5,329 nucleotides of DNA from a virus, in IMG/VR virus record IMGVR_UViG_3300045988_044527, positions 1 through 5,329 of that record; one strand, given 5' to 3'. The notes below the pieces were generated by a model. That model saw only the letters and a program-made list of their open reading frames with translations. It did no database searches and had not been told where the DNA came from. A program made the translations under genes and the position numbers. The first letter of the stretch is position 1, and the number at the start of each line of letters is the position of its first letter. Shown piece by piece: positions 1 to 5,230 of the stretch.

Positions 1-99
1 ATTTTTTTATGCGTCCTCGCTTGGTTCGCTACTACGGCCCTGATTACGATAATTTGAAACATGGTCGTGTCTATCAGGTTCATTGTCTTTACTCCCATG
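1..99. repeat. Terminal redundancy: exact copy of 5231-5329, indicating a circular genome of 5,230 nt written with overlap
   Basis: Base-by-base comparison shows positions 1-99 are identical to 5231-5329, which is the signature of a circular contig. This is not a biological direct repeat. Confidence 0.95.
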
Positions 100-167
100 G
101 CTTCATGCTGATTGATGATCACAACGAAAAGGCATATGTTTATGCCGGAAATTGTGAGGTGCTATGA
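9..167 (+). CDS. Hypothetical small protein, 52 aa (MRPRLVRYYGPDYDNLKHGRVYQVHCLYSHGFMLIDDHNEKAYVYAGNCEVL); unknown function
   Basis: The ATG at 9 is preceded across the circular junction by GAGGTG (5225-5230) at 8-nt spacing and by the promoter. It ends at TGA 165-167, directly abutting the Rep GTG start in the same frame. I recognise no family for it. Confidence 0.55.
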   Translation: MRPRLVRYYGPDYDNLKHGRVYQVHCLYSHGFMLIDDHNEKAYVYAGNCEVL

Positions 168-1169
168 GTGCCTTGCTATCATCCCATTTACGCCGTTCGT
201 ATCGGTACTAAGGAAAACGGAAAAGCTGAGTTGAAAATGCTTGGTTATACCCCGGATGACCGTGAAACCTATGTCGAATGGCACAACCACCGCTATCCTC
301 GTTCCGCTCTCGTTCCACTGCCCTGTGGTCAGTGTATCGGATGCCGCATTGACTATTCAAGGCAATGGGCAAACCGTTGTTTGCTTGAACTTAAGTACCA
401 TGATTCCGCTTGGTTCTGCACGTTCACCTATGATGATGACCACGTTCCTCGTACTTATTACCCTGATCCTGAAACTGGTGAAGCTATCCCAGCTTTGACC
501 TTGCAAAAGCGTGATTTCCAACTTTTGATGAAGCGTATTCGGAAGAAATTTGAAAATGATAAAATTCGGTTCTTCATGTCCGGCGAGTACGGCTCTCAGA
601 CGTTCCGGCCACATTATCACGCTATTTTGTTCGGTTTGCACTTGGATGATCTCCAACCCTATAAAACTGTCAAGGAAGGAGGTGAGTATTACACTTATTA
701 TAACAGTCCCTCTCTCCAAGAGTGTTGGCCTTATGGCTATGTAGTTGTTGGTGAAGTCACGTGGGAATCCTGTGCTTACACTGCTCGCTACGTGATGAAA
801 AAGCTGAAAGGAAAGGAAGCTAAGTTTTATGCAGACCACAATATTCAGCCTGAGTTTACACTCATGTCCCGAAAGCCTGGGATTGCACGTCAGTATTTTG
901 ACGAAAACCCTCACTGCGTTGAAGAACAGTATATCAACGTTTCTACGCCGAAAGGCGGAAAAAAGTTCCGTCCGCCGAGGTACTACGATAAACTCTACGA
1001 CGTCGAATGCCCCGAAAAGTCCGCAGAGTTAAAAGCCCTACGTGCTAAGCTGGCCCAACAGGCCATGGAAGCTAAGTTGTCTAATACGTCTCTTGATTCC
1101 TATGAACTGAGAGACGTTGAAGAAGAAAAACAGTCCAACCGTTTAAAATCGTTAAGGAGGAATTTGTAA
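168..1169 (+). CDS. Replication initiation protein VP4 (rolling-circle HUH endonuclease, Microviridae Rep), GTG start
   Basis: The 333-aa ORF begins with the N-terminal C-x-x-P-x-x-A-x-R motif (MPCYHPIYAVR) typical of gokushovirus VP4. It has the cysteine cluster CGQCIGCR...C; RCR motif I FCTFTYDD (nt 414-437); HUH motif II PHYHAILFG (nt 609-635); and motif III with the paired tyrosines AYTARYVMKK (Y204 and Y208, nt 777-791), as in phiX174 gene A. The RBS GAGGTG at 156-161 lies 6 nt before the GTG at 168. Confidence 0.92.
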   Translation: MPCYHPIYAVRIGTKENGKAELKMLGYTPDDRETYVEWHNHRYPRSALVPLPCGQCIGCRIDYSRQWANRCLLELKYHDSAWFCTFTYDDDHVPRTYYPDPETGEAIPALTLQKRDFQLLMKRIRKKFENDKIRFFMSGEYGSQTFRPHYHAILFGLHLDDLQPYKTVKEGGEYYTYYNSPSLQECWPYGYVVVGEVTWESCAYTARYVMKKLKGKEAKFYADHNIQPEFTLMSRKPGIARQYFDENPHCVEEQYINVSTPKGGKKFRPPRYYDKLYDVECPEKSAELKALRAKLAQQAMEAKLSNTSLDSYELRDVEEEKQSNRLKSLRRNL

Positions 1170-1276
1170 TGAAAATGCTCAAGCGTAAAGACAAGAAGGT
1201 GTTTTCCCGAACCGCCGCTAAGTCCAAGAAAATTAACATCGCTCCGAAAATCTTCCGTGGAGGTATCCGGCTGTGA
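1169..1276 (+). CDS. Small highly basic DNA-binding protein, 35 aa (MKMLKRKDKKVFSRTAAKSKKINIAPKIFRGGIRL); J/VP8-like DNA-packaging protein
   Basis: The ATG at 1169 overlaps the Rep stop (TAATG). A strong RBS AAGGAGG at 1154-1160 sits 8 nt upstream. Of its 35 residues, 13 are Lys or Arg. It is absent from the ORF track, which omits ORFs this short. It is analogous to phiX174 J and gokushovirus VP8. Confidence 0.7.
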   Translation: MKMLKRKDKKVFSRTAAKSKKINIAPKIFRGGIRL

Positions 1277-1398
1277 GTTCTGTTTCTGTTTGTGTTGATG
1301 GTGTTCCCGTGGCTGTTGTTCCTTTGTGGATGATTAAACATGCCGTTGAGGATGCTATTGCTCAGTATCCTGATAAGAAAATTACTGTGGAGGTCTGA
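1273..1398 (+). CDS. Possible small ORF, 41 aa with a GTG start (VSSVSVCVDGVPVAVVPLWMIKHAVEDAIAQYPDKKITVEV); hypothetical
   Basis: The GTG at 1273 overlaps the stop of the basic protein (CTGTGA). GGAGG at 1258-1262 lies 10 nt upstream. It ends at TGA 1396-1398, just before the next gene. There is no recognisable homology, so the call is weak. Confidence 0.3.
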   Translation: MSSVSVCVDGVPVAVVPLWMIKHAVEDAIAQYPDKKITVEV

Positions 1399-1402
1399 TT
1401 AT

Positions 1403-1654
1403 ATGATTACTGGTATCTATGCTATCAAGGACGCTAAGTCCACGTTCATGCCCTGCACCGTTGATGTAAATGATGCTACTGCCGTCCGCAACTTTGAACA
1501 TGCTGTGAGACAGCCTGATTCCCTGCTTGCATCTCACCCCAACGATTTTGCTTTGTATAAGCTCGCCACCTTTGACAACGTCGGCGGCTATATTGAGCCG
1601 CTGAATCCTCCCCGCCAGCTTTGTGACGCCGCCCAGTGCATTGTAAAGGAGTGA
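1403..1654 (+). CDS. Hypothetical protein, 84 aa (possibly the VP5-like non-structural protein of gokushoviruses)
   Basis: The ATG at 1403 has GGAGG at 1389-1393 with 9-nt spacing. Its size and its position between Rep and the structural genes fit VP5. The same frame is open back to an ATG at 1340 (104 aa with a hydrophobic N-terminus), but that ATG has only a weak RBS. The functional call is tentative. Confidence 0.55.
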   Translation: MITGIYAIKDAKSTFMPCTVDVNDATAVRNFEHAVRQPDSLLASHPNDFALYKLATFDNVGGYIEPLNPPRQLCDAAQCIVKE

Positions 1655-1658
1655 CAAT

Positions 1659-2138
1659 ATGGAGTTTAAAACTCAGTATGATGCCCGTGACCGCATCTTT
1701 TCTGACCCCGGTTCTCCTGAGCATATCACCTATGCCGGTCACTATGATGAAAAAGGCCGTGTAGTGCTTGAGGAATCCGGTCGTGAAAACCTGTATGACT
1801 ATATTCAGTCCTACGCCGAAAGCTGTGATATTCACGTTCTCATGAAGCGTTACGCCAACGGCGATGTTGACGCCCTTTCTCAGAAGCAGGGTTTCTATGG
1901 TGATTTCCTCGATTTCCCCAAGACCTATGCCGAAGCCCTCAACCACATGAATGAAATGGAGCGTCAGTTTTTGGCCCTGCCTGTGGAAACTCGTGAGAAG
2001 TTCGGCAACAGCTTCACGGAGTTTCTTGCCGCTTCTGGTGAAGCTGATTTCCTCGAACGGCTCGGAATTAAGAAAGAGCCTGCTGAGCCTGTCCCTGCTA
2101 TTCCTCAGGTTGAAACTAAGGAGGTTACAAAAGAATGA
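1659..2138 (+). CDS. VP3-like internal scaffolding protein, 159 aa
   Basis: The ATG at 1659 is preceded by the RBS AAGGAG (1647-1652), and the upstream gene's stop lies within that RBS. Its size (~150 aa), acidic character and position immediately upstream of the capsid gene fit gokushovirus VP3. The stop overlaps the VP1 start (ATGA). Confidence 0.6.
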   Translation: MEFKTQYDARDRIFSDPGSPEHITYAGHYDEKGRVVLEESGRENLYDYIQSYAESCDIHVLMKRYANGDVDALSQKQGFYGDFLDFPKTYAEALNHMNEMERQFLALPVETREKFGNSFTEFLAASGEADFLERLGIKKEPAEPVPAIPQVETKEVTKE

Positions 2139-3823
2139 ACAGAAATACCGAATCTCATTTCAGTTTGTCCCCCCATGTAGATATCTCTCGTTCTCGCTTT
2201 GACCGCTCTGCATCCCTCAAGACCTCGTTCAATGCCGGTGACGTAGTCCCTTTTTTCCTCGAAGAAGTGTTACCCGGCGATACGTTCAGCGTAGACACAT
2301 CCAAGGTTGTCCGTATGCAGACTTTGCTCACCCCTATGATGGACAACGTATATCTGGATACCTACTATTTCTTTGTCCCGAATCGTCTTGTGTGGGATCA
2401 TTGGAAGGAGTTTTGTGGTGAAAACACTGAGAGTGCATGGATTCCGCAGACTGAGTATACTATGCCCCAGATTACAAGCCCAGCTGGTCAAGGATGGAGT
2501 GTTGGAACTCTTGCTGACTATTTTGGCATCCCAACTGGCGTTGCTGGTCTCTCTGTGTCTGCTCTTCCCTTCCGGGCTTATGCCCTGATCATGAATGAGT
2601 GGTTTAGAGATCAGAACCTCCAAGATCCTCTTGTTGTGCCCACGGATGATAGTACCGTGGCTGGTGTCAATTCTGGCACGTTTGTGACAGATGTGGCTAA
2701 GGGCGGTAAGCCCTTCATCGCTGCCAAGTACCATGACTATTTCACTTCTGCTCTCCCCGCTCCGCAGAAAGGCCCGGATGTAACGATTCCTGTTGCACAG
2801 GCTGGTAGTTATCCGGTTGTCTCTCTTAATCAATATGTTGATTCTAGTAAGTCTAATGCTTCTGTTGCTTGGCAAAAATTAGATGGATCGGGTTTTTCTT
2901 TGCTTGACGGTTTAGGTATTGCTGTTGGTCAAAAACCTCGTAGCGGTGGCTTTGATTCTAAGTATTTTTCCGGTTCTATGACTGTTTCGGAAGGTGCTAG
3001 CGCAGGTTGGGATATTGCCCCGGCTAACCTTTGGGCTGTTGCTGATGGTAACGCCGCCGCCGCTACCATTAACCAGCTTCGTCTTGCTTTCCAGATTCAA
3101 AAATTCTATGAGCGTCAGGCCCGTGGCGGTTCTCGCTATACGGAAGTTGTTCGCTCCTTCTTTGGTGTGACCTCCCCGGATGCTCGCTTACAGCGGCCTG
3201 AATATCTCGGCGGTAACAGAGTTCCTATCAATGTCAATCAGATTGTACAGCAGTCCGGCACTCAGTCCGGCACTACGCCCCAAGGTACTGTTGTTGGTCA
3301 GTCCCTTACCACGGATAAGCATTCCGACTTTACCAAGTCTTTTACGGAGCACGGTTTGATTATCGGTGTTATGGTTGCCCGTTATGACCACACCTATCAG
3401 CAGGGCCTTAGCCGCCTGTGGTCTCGCAAGGATAAGTTTGATTTCTATTGGCCCGTTTTCGCTAACATCGGTGAACAGGCTATCAAGAACAAGGAAATCT
3501 TTGCACAAGGCAATGATAAGGATAACGAAGTCTTTGGCTATCAGGAAGCATGGGCCGAATACCGCTATAAGCCTAATATGGTGACCGGAGAAATGAGGTC
3601 TGCGTATGCCCAATCTTTGGATGTTTGGCATCTGGCTGATGATTACAGCACCCTTCCTTCTTTATCTGATTCGTGGATCAGAGAGGACAAGGCAAACATT
3701 GATCGTGTTTTGGCTGTCACATCTGCTGTTAGTAATCAGTTTTTTGCTGACATCTACGTGAAGAACTATTGTACCCGGCCTATGCCTATGTACAGCGTCC
3801 CCGGCCTGATTGATCATCATTGA
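2135..3823 (+). CDS. Major capsid protein VP1 (Microviridae F-like), 562 aa
   Basis: The N-terminal region RSRFDRS...LPGDTF...MDNVYLDTYYFFVPNRLVWDHWKEFCGE matches the conserved gokushovirus VP1 and phiX174 F N-terminal blocks (LPGDTF, YFFVP.R..W, W.KF.GE). The RBS AAGGAGG at 2118-2124 is 10 nt upstream. Its length is typical of gokushovirus VP1, which carries a large insertion loop. Confidence 0.95.
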   Translation: MNRNTESHFSLSPHVDISRSRFDRSASLKTSFNAGDVVPFFLEEVLPGDTFSVDTSKVVRMQTLLTPMMDNVYLDTYYFFVPNRLVWDHWKEFCGENTESAWIPQTEYTMPQITSPAGQGWSVGTLADYFGIPTGVAGLSVSALPFRAYALIMNEWFRDQNLQDPLVVPTDDSTVAGVNSGTFVTDVAKGGKPFIAAKYHDYFTSALPAPQKGPDVTIPVAQAGSYPVVSLNQYVDSSKSNASVAWQKLDGSGFSLLDGLGIAVGQKPRSGGFDSKYFSGSMTVSEGASAGWDIAPANLWAVADGNAAAATINQLRLAFQIQKFYERQARGGSRYTEVVRSFFGVTSPDARLQRPEYLGGNRVPINVNQIVQQSGTQSGTTPQGTVVGQSLTTDKHSDFTKSFTEHGLIIGVMVARYDHTYQQGLSRLWSRKDKFDFYWPVFANIGEQAIKNKEIFAQGNDKDNEVFGYQEAWAEYRYKPNMVTGEMRSAYAQSLDVWHLADDYSTLPSLSDSWIREDKANIDRVLAVTSAVSNQFFADIYVKNYCTRPMPMYSVPGLIDHH

Positions 3824-3828
3824 TTCAT

Positions 3829-3860
3829 AGAGGGGGCTTTTGCCCCCTCTTGTTTTTTCT
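3829..3860 (+). terminator. Rho-independent terminator/attenuator between VP1 and VP2
   Basis: A perfect 9-bp GC-rich stem, AGAGGGGGC (3829-3837) pairing with GCCCCCTCT (3842-3850), has a TTTT loop and is followed by TGTTTTTTCT (3851-3860). It lies 5 nt after the VP1 stop. It is analogous to the post-F terminator of phiX174. Confidence 0.75.
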
Positions 3861-3876
3861 GAAAGGAGTTGTTATA

Positions 3877-4740
3877 ATGGCATTTGGTACCACTACTTCC
3901 GCTTACGAAATGGATGGTGTCGGAGCCGCTCCGGCTGTCAACCGTGCCGCTGATCAGATCGCTGGTTTGAAAGGTGTTGCACAAGCTAATTCTGCTTTTA
4001 ACGCTGAGCAAGCTAAAGTTCAGCGTGATTGGACAGAGCAAATGACTGCAAAGCAGATGGACTTTAATGCCGCCGAGGCCGCTAAAAATCGTCAGTGGCA
4101 AGAAATGATGTCCAATACTGCCCATCAAAGAGAAGTCCGTGACCTTATGGCCGCTGGCTTGAATCCTGTTCTTTCTGCTATGAATGGCAACGGCGCCGCC
4201 GTTGGTTCCGGTGCGACCGCTTCAGCGTCCCTTGGAAGCGGTTCTAAGGCCGACGCAGATACAGCCGCTTCCGGTGCTATTGCTAACTTGCTCGGCTCCA
4301 TCTTGGGCGCTCAGACGGCGTTACAGAGTGCAAATATAAACGCCCGTACTCAGGAAGCCGTTGCAGACAAGTACACCGCTATGGAGCATATTGTTGCTCA
4401 GATTTCTGCCGCCGCTGGTATTCGGCAAGCTGGTATTCATGCTGGTGCTACTCGTGATGCCGCCGCTATGAGTTCTTCTGCTACTCGGTATGCCGCTGGT
4501 CAGGCCGCTTTAGCGTCTATCTTTGGTTCTTCCGTGAATTCTGCCGCTACTCGGTATGCTGCGGATCAACATTTGGAAGGCTCCAAGTATGGAGCTGATA
4601 AGTCCTATGACGCTTCTAAGTATGCTTCGGATATCAATTGGGATAAGGCTGTTCATTTTGGTAACGGTAGTTTTATGAATCAGATGGCCGGAAATATTGG
4701 TTTGTCGCTTTCAAGTCTTTTAAAAATGATTGGAGGTTAA
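3877..4740 (+). CDS. VP2 minor capsid / DNA pilot protein (H-like), 287 aa
   Basis: The ATG at 3877 has AAAGGAG at 3862-3868. The ORF is open from 3820, but that stretch overlaps the terminator hairpin. The protein is Ala/Gly-rich and carries the conserved block NRQWQEMMSNTAHQREVRDLMAAGLNPVLS characteristic of gokushovirus VP2. Confidence 0.85.
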   Translation: MAFGTTTSAYEMDGVGAAPAVNRAADQIAGLKGVAQANSAFNAEQAKVQRDWTEQMTAKQMDFNAAEAAKNRQWQEMMSNTAHQREVRDLMAAGLNPVLSAMNGNGAAVGSGATASASLGSGSKADADTAASGAIANLLGSILGAQTALQSANINARTQEAVADKYTAMEHIVAQISAAAGIRQAGIHAGATRDAAAMSSSATRYAAGQAALASIFGSSVNSAATRYAADQHLEGSKYGADKSYDASKYASDINWDKAVHFGNGSFMNQMAGNIGLSLSSLLKMIGG

Positions 4741-4742
4741 GT

Positions 4743-4823
4743 ATGGAAAGTATCATCATGGTTTTGTCTTTGTCCGTAGTCACGGCCGCTGCTCTAAAAA
4801 TCATAAAAGAAATTTTTTCTTAA
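4743..4823 (+). CDS. Small hydrophobic peptide, 26 aa (MESIIMVLSLSVVTAAALKIIKEIFS); single predicted transmembrane helix; candidate lysis/toxin-like membrane peptide
   Basis: The ATG at 4743 is 2 nt after the VP2 stop. GGAGG at 4731-4735 gives ideal 7-nt spacing. A TAA stop lies at 4821-4823. It was not in the ORF track, which omits ORFs this short. A hydrophobic core of about 19 residues is followed by a charged tail, KIIKEIFS. Confidence 0.5.
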   Translation: MESIIMVLSLSVVTAAALKIIKEIFS

Positions 4824-4825
4824 AA

Positions 4826-4840
4826 AGCGGCGTCAGCCGC
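4826..4840. other. Short GC hairpin (GCGGC-GTCA-GCCGC); it resembles an intrinsic terminator on the minus strand only
   Basis: A 5-bp stem is preceded on the + strand by AAAAA and TTTTTT, so on the minus strand a U-tract follows the hairpin. On the + strand the hairpin is followed by CAAAAG, which gives no U-tract. Confidence 0.4.
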
Positions 4841-4845
4841 CAAAA

Positions 4846-4875
4846 GAGACCCACGGTCTAAACGCCGTGGGTCTC
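4846..4875. repeat. Perfect 11-bp inverted repeat forming a hairpin (GAGACCCACGG / CCGTGGGTCTC, 8-nt loop)
   Basis: Reverse-complementarity was verified directly: left arm 4846-4856, right arm 4865-4875. No U-tract follows on either strand. Confidence 0.8.
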
Positions 4876-4904
4876 CGCCTGTACGTCCATTTACATTAGG
4901 CGTA

Positions 4905-4947
4905 CACTCAGCACAGTTAACTCTCTTGATGTTAACTGTGCTGAGTG
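4905..4947. repeat. Perfect 17-bp inverted repeat forming a hairpin (CACTCAGCACAGTTAAC / GTTAACTGTGCTGAGTG, 9-nt loop); candidate ssDNA origin or packaging structure
   Basis: Left arm 4905-4921, loop 4922-4930, right arm 4931-4947, verified as exact reverse complements. It lies in the main non-coding region of an ssDNA genome. Confidence 0.8.
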
Positions 4948-5129
4948 ACACCAAAGGTCACTTTGCGTGTCATAGTAGAAGTTGCTTGCACATGTCTAGA
5001 ACGTATGCAGTATTTCAAGATAAAATGTTTAGTAGGAGACCCCCGTAGGATACAAGTTCCTAAAAAATAATAGATAATAAAGTTTAAAATTTATTGGTAA
5101 ACTGAAATAGAACTACATTCTTGGTTTCG

Positions 5130-5161
5130 TGCACATTTGTGCATTTAGCCTAGAACTAGGC
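5130..5161. promoter_or_regulatory. Two 14-bp palindromes upstream of the promoter (TGCACA-tt-TGTGCA and GCCTAG-aa-CTAGGC); candidate operator sites
   Basis: Both have 6-bp arms around a 2-nt spacer, at 5130-5143 and 5148-5161. They lie 25-55 nt upstream of the -35 element. Confidence 0.3.
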
Positions 5162-5185
5162 CGAAATCTTTAGTAAATATGCAAA

Positions 5186-5214
5186 TTGATATTTTTGTTC
5201 AATCGTACTATTAT
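5186..5214 (+). promoter_or_regulatory. Sigma70-type promoter TTGATA-(17 nt)-TATTAT driving the small ORF and VP4
   Basis: The -35 TTGATA at 5186-5191, a 17-nt spacer, and the -10 TATTAT at 5209-5214 sit in an AT-rich intergenic region. The predicted transcription start is near 5221. The RBS GAGGTG at 5225-5230 and the ATG at 5239 (= position 9 on the circle) lie just downstream. Confidence 0.6.
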
Positions 5215-5230
5215 CACCTTATATGAGGTG

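Noticed and set aside
1-99. The 99-nt terminal direct repeat as an integration or att duplication or a biological terminal repeat
   Set aside because: The two copies are 100% identical and flank the whole genome. No integrase or recombinase is present. This is the expected artefact of assembling a circular genome.
165-167. The possibility that TGA is a sense codon (genetic code 4 or 25, as in the Spiroplasma phage SpV4), which would fuse the 52-aa ORF to Rep
   Set aside because: All Trp codons in the main genes are TGG. Five genes terminate on TGA with ATGA-style or abutting start overlaps. No in-frame TGA interrupts the conserved domains of VP1, VP2 or VP4. The standard bacterial code therefore fits. 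I kept only the readthrough and coupling interpretations, as a finding.
1340-1402. The longer 104-aa form of the 84-aa ORF, starting at ATG 1340 with a hydrophobic N-terminus
   Set aside because: It has only a weak GGA RBS, against the GGAGG before ATG 1403, and it would overlap the 1273-1398 ORF. I kept it as an alternative in the evidence, but not as the call.
1572-1600. TTGACA at 1575-1580 followed by TATATT, as an internal promoter
   Set aside because: The spacer is only 11 nt, far from the 16-18 nt optimum, so it is unlikely to function as a sigma70 promoter.
3820-3876. An upstream TTG start at 3820 for VP2, as in the ORF track
   Set aside because: That stretch overlaps the VP1 stop and the terminator hairpin. 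The ATG at 3877, with an AAAGGAG RBS, is the credible start.
357-4128. Minus-strand ORFs from the track (357-914, 1081-1341, 1382-1657, 1476-1946, 2155-2346, 2270-2875, 2912-3100, 3188-3631, 3817-4128)
   Set aside because: Every one lies antisense within a strongly supported + strand gene and has no RBS or homology signal. Microviridae genomes are transcribed from one strand only. These are shadow ORFs.
4929-5048. Short ORFs in the non-coding region (39-aa at 4929, 20-aa at 5005, 15-aa at 5179)
   Set aside because: None has an RBS. They overlap the 17-bp hairpin arm or the promoter elements, and they are most likely random.
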